64,000 nt of DNA from Microbotryum violaceum (lineage: Eukaryota), in the NCBI GenBank assembly GCA_001244265.2, contig CDLV01000006.1, forward strand, positions 1,116,001 to 1,180,000, read 5' to 3'. A program made the translations under genes and the position numbers. The notes below the pieces were generated by a model that ran no database searches, was not told the DNA's origin, and worked only from the letters and a program-made list of their open reading frames with translations. The stretch's first letter is position 1. The number at the start of each line of letters is the position of its first letter. Shown piece after piece: positions 1 to 11,640 of the stretch.

Positions 1-1039
1 ACCCAGCATCGGATGTCTCGTGCAAGTTGGTGCAGCAAGCTGTAATAGCGAGGTCACAAACCTAGCCTCTGGTCCTTGCATTACACTGATCGAGGTGTAT
101 CGTGGTCCAAAGGTCGATGCATGGTGATGTGCCGAGGCCGGATCGCTTCGCAGCACGGACAGCGCCGGGGAGGTCATCGATTCGCCGCGCCCGCCCGTCG
201 TCGTTCGCCTGGCACCGATCATCGACCCAGCGCTAGCGGCGCTCGGCCGTCGTGACCATGACCGACGCAGCAGGGCACAACAGCACTCCGCCATGGCCCA
301 GATCAACCAACGCCGACCCTCGACTCTAGACCAGAACCCAATCGTATCGACAGATGACACCCAAGCCGCTTACAGGGGGGGGGCAGGGGAATGTGAAACT
401 CACCTCGTACGAAACAACGCCCCAAGCGTGTCGGCAGTGGTGGTTCGGACGCAAGTCGCGCGCGAAGAACGACACGCGCCCACGAGAGCAACCAACGACG
501 ATCGGGTTAAGCGCTCGACAAAAGGCGAGAGCGAGGGTCGACGACTGGTGCAGGGCAGAAGACGATCAAAAGACCTAAACGGGAGGAGAAAAGAGAGAAA
601 GGGGGGGATGGGGGGATGTTGTGTCGGAGGGATGGGCGACAGCGGGTGAGATCGAGGTTGAGGCAGGAACTAAAGAGCCCGGCGACGCTGTCGTCGCGCA
701 GGCCCCATGTTTGGGAGAGTTTGGGGGTGGGCAAGCCAGCGGATGCCAGCACCCGGCAGCCGCGCTTGCACACGCGTTGCTAGCAGGCGCCCGCGCAACG
801 CCACACACTCGTCAAGTCGTTCCATCGCATTCACCTTCAACGACTACTCAATGTGATTTTCAGATGTCAGTAAAAAGAGAGAGAACTATGCGAGTCCTAA
901 AATCAAGGGGGAAAACCCAGAGAAAAACCGAGACTGAGAGAACCCATCCCTGCTGCACCCGGCACGCGCGGGCGGAGATCGCTTCTCACGGTTTTCTCTA
1001 ACCAAAATAGGAGAAAGTGATGTCCGCGCAACCGCCATT

Positions 1040-3036
1040 CTACCCAAAGAGACTGGCACCCCCTTCAGAAAACAACAACGAGATCGATTCACCGTTATGT
1101 GTCTGGGACGTCGATAGCGATGCATGTCAGGGAAAAGTTGGTCGTGGAGCAATCGCAGTTGGAGAAAAAAAAATCTGCGGGTACTTACTCGGCGAATTGA
1201 CTCGGCGACGACGGGAGAGATGTCCATCACCTCCAGTTTCCCGTGGGCCTGCTTTAAATGCTCAGTCTGGCAGATCGTGTTGGACACCTGTTCGTCACAT
1301 CATGAGAGGGGGGTGTCAGAACAACCGGAAGAGGTACGAGGAGGGATCAGCGAGCACCTACCACGAGCTTTTCTAACGGCAATCGAGCCAACTCGGACAT
1401 GCTCTCTCCAGACAGCAAGCCTGGGTACCACAACGCTCGTCAGCACCTTATTCGATGTCCATTTTTTTTCTCCACATAATTGAAGTGACTTACCATGGGA
1501 TACGACCGCATAGACTTTCCTGGCCCCACTCGCCAAGAGCGCGTTCGTCGCCAACTTAATCGTTCCACCCGTGTCGCACATGTCGTCGATCAAGACCGCG
1601 ACCTTGCCCTTGACGTCACCGACGAGAATCTCCATCCTCGCTTCGGCATTGGGTGCAGCACCCTTCACGCGGTTGCGGTTGATGAGCGCGAAGTCAACAT
1701 CGAGGCGATCGGCGAGCATCGTCGCTCGCTTGGCTCCTCCGGCGTCGGGCGAGACTATGATGGCGTTACGCCAGTCGGGGATGTTCTCCTTGACCCAGTG
1801 GATTATCGACGGCTCGGTCCAGAGGTTGTCAACGGGGACCTCGAAGAAGCCTTGAATTTGACTGGCGTGCAGGTCCATCGTGATGACGTGATTGCAACCG
1901 GCGATTTGCAGCATGTTGGCGACGAGCTTGGCCGTGATAGGTGCACGGGACTTGTCCTTGCGGTCCATGCGCGAGTAAGGGAAGCACGGGATCACGGCGG
2001 TGATACGTTTCGCTGAGGCGGTCTTGCATGCCGAGATGAGGATGAGCAACTCCATCAAGAGATCGTTGGGGTCGTTGAACGGTTCCGGCCCCGGTTGGGA
2101 CTTGCTGTTGGGCACGTGAAGCGAGGACGTCGAGGCCGACGTCGGAAGCGGCGTCGTCGGTCTTGACCCGTTCGGAGTTCCCGGTCGCGAGGCCTCAAGC
2201 GAGCTGTCGCCGTAGTGACGGGCTTTGGATCCAAAAGGGTACGGGGACGGGTTGAAGCCGGTCTGGACGATAAAGACGTCTTCTTCACGGACGGACTCGC
2301 CGATCGAAACGGAGGTTTCGTTGTCGCTGAACTTCTTGACGGTGCATTTGGTCAAGGGGATCCCAAGTCTGTGCGGATGCCGGCCAGAAGAAATGAGATG
2401 AAGATCAGTGTCTACGACCTCTTCCATAGCTTCATTGTGAAAGCTGTATGTCCGTCTTGATCAAAGAATTCCAAGGGGCGGCGACCGAGAATCTGGTCTC
2501 GGCCAGTCCTGCCAGTCCTGCTTGACGCCCTCGCAATACTTCCAAATCGTGTCGATGTACATGATAAGACAGTCCGGCTCGTTTGTAGCCTCTTGGACCT
2601 GATCCAGAGCAGGATATCATGCTCTGCTTGGTGGAAGGATGTCTTCCCACCGGTCCAACTCCGAAGCCGTTGAAGCTGATCGCCCGCGCTCGTGAGGAAA
2701 TGACGATGACCCTCCCCGAAGGCACCGTAGAACCACCTGCCTCGTGCTTGTGAATGAAAGGCTCGTCCCGACTTACCGCTTGGCGATCTGTTGGGCCAAC
2801 TCGGGGTGCGAGTTACCTAGTGAGAGAGCAGAGATGGAGTTAGTGATGGTTTCTTGAGAAGGGTTGGGAAGGCGATGAAGCCCTAGGGATGGGCAGTGGC
2901 TGCACGAAGCGCGTGAAACACTTGGGAAGACGACGGAGACGAAAGCAGATGCAGCTGTAAAGCCGTGGCTCGAAGGGCGATGTAGAGCAACAAGTGATTT
3001 ACCCGTGAGCAACTTGATGCTGGAACCGTCACGCAT
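1040..3036 (-). CDS. Ribose-phosphate pyrophosphokinase (PRPP synthetase), multi-exon
   Basis: Spliced [45 protein letters not shown]...PCFPYSR...[11 protein letters not shown]...[11 protein letters not shown]...[11 protein letters not shown]...[11 protein letters not shown]. Canonical GT-AG introns. PRS paralog not assignable. Confidence 0.95.
2446..2680 (-). ncRNA. Candidate intronic H/ACA-type snoRNA in PRPP synthetase intron 2
   Basis: Unusually long 408-nt intron (2369-2776). On the minus strand: hairpin (TTGGACC/GGTCCAA), AAACGA (ANANNA), hairpin (CTGTCTTATCA/TGATCAAGACGG), then ACA. Confidence 0.35.
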
Positions 3037-3763
3037 GGTAAGCCAAAGGGGGGTGTTGATCTAGTCCTAGCGAAATGACGGAAGCAAGCGACGACAGGCG
3101 ACGAGACACGAAGCAAGCGGCTGTACAGCGGACGGAAGGCCTGATGGTGGGGCTAGGGTGCACGACGAAGGGGAACGAGTTGATAGTCGACGGTCTCAGT
3201 CTTGTAGGCGAGAGCAAACAAGGGAGAAGAAGGGGGCGGCTGGAAGGGTGCAGGAATGTAAGATGAGGAGACAGTCAAAGAGGGGCGACCGACGGCGACG
3301 AGAGGCCGCGGAGAGGGCCGGACGGGCGATCTCCACACCACTACAAGTGGCCCACGTGAGACACGACCCGGCGCATGGGACACCGAATGAACGAGTTGTG
3401 TTCACCTCCCCTATATGTCATTGCAACTATCTTGCATCAAACATCACCTTAACTGGTCGTTCGAGTCGTATGGTCGTGGCAGGTGCAACACAAAACCAGA
3501 AATTAAAAGAATCTCTCTCACTTCTTCAGAACTCGGGGTGAAGGATCTCTTTGGCCCTGGCTGCAACCTCTTCTGGGTCGCCCAAAACGTCCTCCTGCCT
3601 CACGATCAAGTTAATCGGAACATCAGCTTCACGTGTCATCAGCTAAGGTATATTTTCCACTCACGGCGAATCGAGCGCCATCTCTAAATAAAGTCAGAAG
3701 GCAAGCCATGACCGTGAGTGTCAATGGGGCTTTCGCAGACGAATGCTGTAGGAAGCGTTCGAC

Positions 3764-5698
3764 TCACCGGAAGAAGAACCACCACATCATCCCACCACCG
3801 ATCGCGGCCAAGGCCAGAAATAAGAGCACAATACCACCCAAGAGCAACGCGAGGAACTTGTACTGGAGCAAGCAAAGAAGAGAGCGGATTGGACGAAGTC
3901 TGGTTTCAGCAACCACTTCAGGCTCCACAATCACAATCCTCGTGGTAAGCAAGGGACTCACATCATCACTTGACATCTTGGTCGCCTCCATCGCTGCGGC
4001 CCTCTCTCGCCTCTCGGCGAGGATCGCTTCGGTCGGCGCCAACTGACGCACCCTCGAGTCCATTCCTGGTCGCCAGTCCTCCATCGACTTGGGCACCGGT
4101 TTGCCCACCTCGATGAAGGAAGGGTACCTCGTCTCGGTCCATTGCTCGATCCGACCGCATAAAACGGCGATCTTGACAAAGCTCGGATCGTTCGCCACGG
4201 CTTTGGCGTGGATTGCACGGGCCATGTCGCGGAACATGTAGGCGACGTCGCGAGGGTTCGTCGCATCGAGGATCAACCTCACCGCCAAGCCTTTGCGGAT
4301 CTTGACGTTCTGATGGAAGACCTTGGGGTTCATGAAGCACTCCTGCAAGGTCGCCATCGCCATCGCTTGAGGAATTGCGCAGAAATTGAAGACGCTCTGG
4401 TTCGACAGCAGGGTCAGGTAGTCGAGCGCATCGGTCGCGTGGCTCAGAGCATCAACCGTCATCTCGCTCAGTGCCCACAGCGCCTTTTGCTCGTTCCCGT
4501 GCGCGTAAAGATCCTCGGGCTTGTCGGCATACTTGGACCAGAGTTCGGCCGGCCAGAAGACACGACCGTCGTCGGTGTCCTCGCGGAAGTCACGCAGGAT
4601 GTTCGTCTTTTGCAAGAGCAGACCCATCGAATTACTCAACGAGACTTGCTCGCCCAACTCGGGGGCTTCCTTGCCCGAGACCGAAAAGAGACGCGACAGG
4701 CCTTCGCCGACGAGTCCGGCGACAAAGTGGCAGTAGAGGTCGAACGAGGCGAGCGTGTCGACGGAGAACCTGCCACCGCTCTCGGCGTAGACCTTGGCGT
4801 AGCGCGCCATACCGGCTCCCATCTTTTGTGTGATATCCGCAATCACCTTCTTGTAGCTGAAGGTAAGGTGAACGAGAGCTCGTCAGCACTCGTAAGCGCA
4901 GGCCGTGAGGAATGTCTCGAGACTGACTCGGGTCCGAGACGCTTGTACTCGGCAATCACGACCTGGAATTCGACCAACAGGGCGCGGTCCTTTTCGTTCG
5001 GTCCAGCTGTAGAACAGTACGTCAGCTTATTGTCCCTGTGAGCTCTAAGGCCGGCAATCCCACACGAACATTCAGTAAAGTTCCACCCGTCCTGCTCGAG
5101 CCTCTCGTGGAAGTTGACCAAAAAAGGGACCTTGGTGTCGATGTCGAGCGTCATATCGTCTTCGATCGTGTCCAACCCTCGTAGAATGAGGTAGAACAGA
5201 GCGATCTGTGTGTGGGCCGGAACAACGAGATGAGCCGGCTGTACAGGGGGCAGTGTGGGTGGGGCGCCCGAGCGAGGTGACTGACGACTCTAGACAGATC
5301 GCCTTCGAGTTCTTTGATGACGGCGGAGAACGATCGCGAGGTGGCGTCGAGGAAGCCCCAGCATTGCTTCATCTCTTCACGGTCCCTAGTAGATGGATGT
5401 CGCATCCGTTGCATGGACGTGGTGAGAGTGGTGGGTCGTCACGACGTGCGATGCGCCGGATGACGCGATGGGGAGCAGGGTTAATGAGCGGAGAGAAGGG
5501 ATGGAGGCATGTACAACAGTAGCGGCTTGGCGTCATTAAACGCACGCAGTAAGAAACGATACGCTGCGTGACTGACCATCCTGATTCCGGGTTGTCCTCG
5601 ATGCGGTGCAGAGGATCGCGCCAGACGGTGTAGTTGACCAACGCACGGGCCTCGGACGGTCGTCGCAACGCCGCGAGGATCGTCGTAGCCTTTCCCAT
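3764..5698 (-). CDS. ERG9: Squalene synthase, multi-exon
   Basis: [62 protein letters not shown] and a C-terminal TM anchor. Confidence 0.97.
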
Positions 5699-6289
5699 CG
5701 TGACAAGGGAGAGGTTTTGAAGGTCTTGTTGAGCGGGTGAGTACTCTTTTGAAGCGCAAGGGAAAAGCGCGATGTGGTAGAACCCGACACAAATGCGGTG
5801 CGGTCAGTCGAGTTGAGTTGGAGTTGGGGGCGTGGTCGGATGGGTGGTCGGATGGAGAGTCACGCCCAGCGCGGAGACGGCAGCGATCCCGCCACGACGG
5901 GGGCTTATCACACCGGTCAAATTCGCACTAGAAACCAAAGCTAATCCGAAAGCACCGGCCCATTGCTCGCGACGGACGAGCGCTCGCTTTCCTCACTTAC
6001 AACTCTCACGCCCCCGCGTGGTATCGCTCTACACTTTCGTATCTCGTGCACGGACATCCTCTCAAGGTGATCGAGTTCAATCCCAGCTCTGGCACACAGG
6101 TCTGCATGACCCACAAGCCACCGCTCGGGGCCGGTTTCCTTCGCAGCCCCCGTGTACCCGTAGACAGGAGCCCCTGTCTCGGCTCTCCCTCGTCCTCCAA
6201 GCTTTCCTACTGACCCGGGCACGTCCCCTTGAACCGTTTAGACCTTCAAACACCAAACGGCACTCAGCTCATCAGCTCACATCACAAAC

Positions 6290-6628
6290 ATGGATCTCGC
6301 ACCCCTCCCCGCGCCTCTCCATCTCCGACCCCTCCGAATCCGTTCCGTTCCCACTCCCTTCGCGATCGTCGAGGTGCAACGTTTCCTCGCCGATGAAACG
6401 GCCACTCGAGTCTTGAGTGGTGCAGGAGCAAGTGCGATCAAGGAGGCATTGGTGCGATTGGTCAAACGGCTTGAACAGGAACAAAGCGAGGAGTCGGCTT
6501 CGAGTGCGACGAAGGTGGACACATCGTCGATTTCGGAGAAGGAAAAGGACAAGGGCAAGAAGAGGAAAGTCATCGAATCGGAATTGACCAAGGACAAGAA
6601 ACAGAGCAAAAAACACAAGAAGGCATAG
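6290..6628 (+). CDS. Small protein (112 aa) with Lys/Glu-rich tail; possibly RNA Pol I subunit A14-like
   Basis: ACAAACATGG start context, open single-exon ORF divergent from ERG9, basic C-terminus. Function is a guess. Confidence 0.55.
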   Translation: MDLAPLPAPLHLRPLRIRSVPTPFAIVEVQRFLADETATRVLSGAGASAIKEALVRLVKRLEQEQSEESASSATKVDTSSISEKEKDKGKKRKVIESELTKDKKQSKKHKKA

Positions 6629-6825
6629 TCGGCTTCGCGTCAGCGCCGAGCTTGAGTTCGCTCCGATTTCTTCGTCGTCGCATTTCTGTTCTGTGCATCT
6701 TCCGCGTAGTACCCGTCGCAGCATTCACAGCATTGTAGCATAACACATCTTTCTCTGACCTCATTCGCTTGTGAGACCTTGCTGTTATCGACGACTCGCT
6801 CCGAGTCTATAGTAGCCCAAGCCGA

Positions 6826-8321
6826 TCATTCCTCATCCTGTACCTCCTCCCCCAACTCCCCACTAACGACCGGATCCACCCCCACCTCCTTCAGTATACT
6901 CATCACCCCCACCTTCTTGACCTCCTCCAAGATCTCCTCATCCTTGACCAACAACATACCCGCGAAACCTAACGAGTTGACACTGATTTGCTGCTGGGAT
7001 CCCGAGGCGCTCCAGCTCTCTTTTGAGCGAGGTATGATTTGAAGGTACTTTTCGGTCATGATGAGGTTGTAGCTAAGGCCGGAGAGACCACCTCTTGAGG
7101 AAAGGGGTGGAGGTGCCGTTGTTGTTGAGGGGTCGGAGCTCGCTCCTTCCGACGAAGATTTGACGAGCGAGGCCCTTCTTAAATGCTCGATCATCAAGTC
7201 CAACAGGGAGAGGAAGGTCATGCCGAGGTAAGAAACAAGATCGCCGCTTAAGGGCGGTGCAAGCATGACGGTGAAGGAGGTGTAAGGGAGAGGGAGTTGA
7301 AATGGGTCCTCTGGTGGCCGCGCCGCGCCCCACCGAGGTGAGAGAAAGAGTCAGCTAGATTTCAATTGGGGCCAAGACGCAAAAGTCTCGAAGACCTACT
7401 GGGGTTTGAGGGTTTGTTGTCTTGGATGAAGTTGTCGAAGGGTGCGACACCGTTCGACAAGGGAATGAATTGGACGCTGTAGAGGATTGAGGATGGGAAT
7501 AAGAGTCAGCGATCGATCTCCTGCACAAGCTGTGGATTCATTCGCAAACGAACTGTTTGTGGGGTTGCCTGTTAAGCATAAAATGATGTAGTGTTTAGTT
7601 AGATGGGTTTTGGCACTGCCCTGATGATTGCGAGACTTACGAGGCACCGGATAAGGGTCCACAATTGTAGAAAGCCAAATGCTTCTCCCTCGTCCCGAGC
7701 GACTTGAGCACCGAATACGTCGCCAACAACTGCAGCGGTGTCAAGGGCCGCTCCTGCTTCTCAAATTCCTTAGTCACCAAGAGAAAATGTCGCGGAACGA
7801 TGCAGAATTTGTTGAGCTGGGTACACAGCGAGAGGGAAGGGTTTTGTGATTGGCATGAGCAAAATCTTCGCTAGGATAGATCGACCCCGAGGTACGACTA
7901 ACGCACGAGCAGGACAAAAATGTCTCCTGATGCATCAGAAGGATCCTCCTTGACCTCTTCCTCATGGACGTAGAGATCGGGCTCGGGATACGGCTCGGCG
8001 AAAGGGTCTCGGGGAGCAGGTTTTGGTTGATTGGTCGAGCCCGACTCGGAGTCCTTTGCTGCTGTGGGCTTCTTGGCCAGCTGGGGTGCATACCGCAGTT
8101 CGAACTGTAGTTGATGAAATTCATTCGTCAGGCCTGCTAACCCAGCTCGAAGTTTATCCGTCGTCAACGCGCCAAGCGGAACTGACGGGTATTCCCGTGT
8201 CCCGATCGTCCAACTCGATGAGCTCGCTGTCGGTGTAGAGACATGCGCCTGAGATGGAGGCCTTGGAGTAGCTCTGCTTGATCTTGGCCGAGATACCACT
8301 GAAGGCGGTGGTGAAGCTCAT
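6826..8321 (-). CDS. ATP adenylyltransferase / Ap4A phosphorylase (Apa1/Apa2 family), multi-exon
   Basis: FELRYAPQLAKKP, RDPFAEPY, FYNCGPLSGAS/QPHKH (HxQ-type site across exons), SYNLIMT...IIPRS, SVNSLGFAGMLLVK. Confidence 0.9.
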
Positions 8322-8431
8322 GGTGACGTGTTTCACACTCGCTGGTCAGACCGTAGAATAGTAGCGAGTGGGGTTGAGGGTGAGAGAGGAGAGTGACAGA
8401 GAGTGACTGGAGAGTGGAGGCGGTGCGGAGC

Positions 8432-10510
8432 AGGACCCCCGAAAGCCCAGCCAGAGGCGCATGCAGAAAAACGCACTTTTTTGGCCTTTTTGTCAAAGTG
8501 TTTTACCCTATTTTGGCCCCAAAATGTCAAAATTTCGCATGCGCCTCGGAAATATTATCAAAATGTGTTCTACATGCTCCAAAAATCGCTCAAAAGTCCT
8601 CGAAAACGCGTTCCGAGCGTTTGCGGGCGCGCGGCGGCCTATCGAAAGTGGCTCACGGCGCGCGTCGCTTCGGCTGGTGTTGCGCGTGGCTCCACGCTTC
8701 AAACAAGCCTTCCTTGCTTTGCTGGCTGGCTCGCTGCTTCGTGGTCAGACTTCCTTTTTGCTGAAGTTGAGCTCCTTGTTTCCGCGGTGGCATTTGTGCG
8801 GCTTGTAGAGGTTCTGCCGGCGGCATTTCGCAGGCCGGGCACGCTCCGAAGGGCGGCAAACCTTTGCTCGGCATGTGCGCTCGTGCTGATTAGGCGCTCG
8901 TCCGGGTAACATGAGGTAAGGTCCGTGGTTGAACGATATGTAGTCGTTGACGGGCCGAATGACTCGATGACCTGTCGACCATCAATCATGCGGAACGGCA
9001 TAGTGCCATCAATGAGGTGTGTGGAATAGCATGTTTTCTTGATGAGGCGAAGCTCCTGTACGACGACATTTGAGAGTAGAACCAACGAGGCGAGCCTATC
9101 TTGGTTGCAGTGGTTTGTTGTCACTTTGCTATAGATGTATCGCACTGTAGGACACGAGACTTGTGTCAAACGAGAACTTCACAGCTCAACTGCCACTCAA
9201 AACAACGTACCAATTCCGATAGATAGCGCTTCTTCTCCATAAACAGTTTGATCGCAGCTGAGTGAATGCATGCCACGCTTGAGGCCAAAGCAGACCAGAG
9301 ATCCGATCTCCGATGTTGTGGTAGTGGTTACAGCTCCGCCGTCAAGCGATCCAAAATGAGGATAGCGTTGTGCTAGTGCTCCGTCTGCTTGTTTCTCCAA
9401 ACATTAGATCCAGTTGCCTTCGCTCCTAAATTCAGCGACAACTCACTTGAATGCGGCCATCCTCAGAATAGACATTCTTCTGGATCCTCGTGTGTTGTGA
9501 GCGCTCGGTCCATCTGGTCACCTCTAGTCCAGCGAAAGCTCCTTGTCGTGCCCGCCATGTCTTCGCAGCGAGATGGTCCCATGGACTGTACCAACCCTTT
9601 CAAGACGCATGAATGTGCTGCACTGCGTCCTTCCTCTGTATTGCTAACCCCTACGCCTGCCTCTCCGCGAGTTGGGTCGCTCGATTCCATCGGCCTCCCT
9701 TGAGTAGAACAGCTTGAGGTGGCTACACTTATGAGCAGCTTGATGGGCAATCAGGTTGGCCAGTTCAGCGAGAAATTGGTATCGCGAGCATCGACAACTT
9801 GAGGCGGAAGTTTCAAGTGTGTGGGCTGTGTAGAACTGAACACGCGTGAGCTTCGACCAAAATTTCGATAGTTGAGCTTGGTAGACGCACGATTGGTCGT
9901 CGTGAGAAGCTGTTTGCCTCCTCAACGGCCTCGAGTAGATGATAAGGTCGAGTAGTGGGTGAGCTCGTCTTTGGACAACTCGATGTGAAGAGACGCGTCG
10001 GCGGGAGCGACATCAAAGGCGAGGAGCTCGGCGATCATCATGTTCATGTTGGTGAGCGGCAATAATCAATCGAAGGCATCGTTCAAATAGTAGGCCTGCA
10101 TGGGATGATGTTGTCGTGCTATGCTCCAATCTCGGACGAAAGTCGGTGAAGCGGAACGGAACCTGCGCCCCTTCAATATCGAATCGGCCTAATCCCTCAC
10201 AGCCACTTAACTCAAGTGATTACCGAAGATGGCTAGTACTAAGTGACTTGTTCAAGCGCGAGCATCGCGAAACGCGTCTCGAAGCGAAGGCAAACGGGCC
10301 CAAAGTCATGCCGTAGGCTGCTCAGGGTAGGCCAAAATTGGGCCAACTCACGGGAAAATGTCAAAATCTAGACATGCGCCTCGGGGGCGAAACGTGTGTT
10401 TCGTCCCAAAATGTCAATATTTTGCAATGCGCCTCGACGATTTTCAGGATTTTGGGTCCAAAAAATGTCTCAAAAAAAAATGCGCCTCCGGCTGGGCTTT
10501 CGGGGGTCCT
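8432..10510 (-). mobile_element. Non-autonomous TIR DNA transposon, P-element-like (copy 1, 2079 bp)
   Basis: 31-bp TIRs 8432-8462 and 10480-10510 (1 mismatch). Exact 8-bp TSD TGCGGAGC at 8424-8431 and 10511-10518. Internal minus-strand peptides are homologous to those of the element at 56591-59872. Confidence 0.9.
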
Positions 10511-10603
10511 TGCGGAGCTCAGTTCGAAGCGCTTCATCAGCTTGCTTCTGTTTCCATCAGACCACTCACCACCTCCTTACCATCTCAAGTCCAAGCATCC
10601 GAA

Positions 10604-11346
10604 ATGAACTTTATCCGCTCTCTACTTAACGGCTGGATGCCGCAAACGACCGAACAAGACTTCGCACAGGCCAAGTCGACCGTCGAGGTTCGTTCGTTGC
10701 CAGCATGTCGTCATCGCCCTCAGCCAGCCTCGAGTCGTGAGGACACGCTCTTTTCATTGTATCTGACGGAAATTGGATTGTGCATGCACTCAGGACCTGA
10801 TCAGCTCGGCCCCGATCGCGATCTTCTCCAAGAGCTACTGCCCCCATTGTCAGTCGTTGTCATCCTCGGCGATCGGGTGCTGCTGTCGTCCGATCGCCGA
10901 CGATAAGCAGGTGCAGATGCATTGACTGACGCAAGCGGATCTTCCCGTTTTGCAAAGGCGTCAACGCCAAATCACTCCTCGCCAATCTCGGTCAGAAAGG
11001 AAACACAAAGGTGGGCTGGGCTTCCGTTGTCTACCTACCTTTGGGATTCTTAGAAAAGGAGCATGCAGCACTGATCGCGGTAATCCGGCCCGCAGAGCAT
11101 CGAACTGGACCAGGAGAACAACGGTGTCGCTATCCAACGCTACTTGGCTGAACGAAACCATGTGTCGAGAGTCACTGTACCTCAGGCGAGTCAGCATATT
11201 CGCGACGTTCCGTTTGACCGGTTCCTCATTCATTTCGGTCTTCACTTCTGCAGATCTACATCAAGGGCCAGCTCATCGGCGGCTGCTCGGATTTGCGGTC
11301 CTTGCATTCGGGTGGCAAGCTCGAACCACTCCTCAAGGCGCTCTAA
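10604..11346 (+). CDS. Dithiol glutaredoxin, multi-exon
   Basis: IFSKSYCPHC, IELDQ, TVPQ/IYIKGQLIGGCSDL. One intron has a GC donor (11186). Confidence 0.93.
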
Positions 11347-11640
11347 CAGGGTTTGGGCAACGCAGACTTCTAGCGAGTGTAATCTATACCGGACCATTAT
11401 CGCTTTCTCATCTATCAGGTCACTACGACCACCCAAGAAAGGCTTTTCCGCTGGAAGCGGTGTCACAAGGAAGATGGAAGAATGCACTGCAGTGTAAGAC
11501 GCCGAAACTGACGAACGAGAGGGTAGACCGAACAAAATTGAACAGAAGAACGACGACGAGAGCTTTCTTTACGATTGGTGAGGTGAACGGACTTTTACGG
11601 GAAAGACGCAACAAACAACGACACGGGCAGTGCACTTTCG

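Noticed and set aside
1-830. Short ORFs and a possible minus-strand exon at the window start
   Set aside because: No recognisable protein motif; probably UTR or promoter of a gene outside the window.
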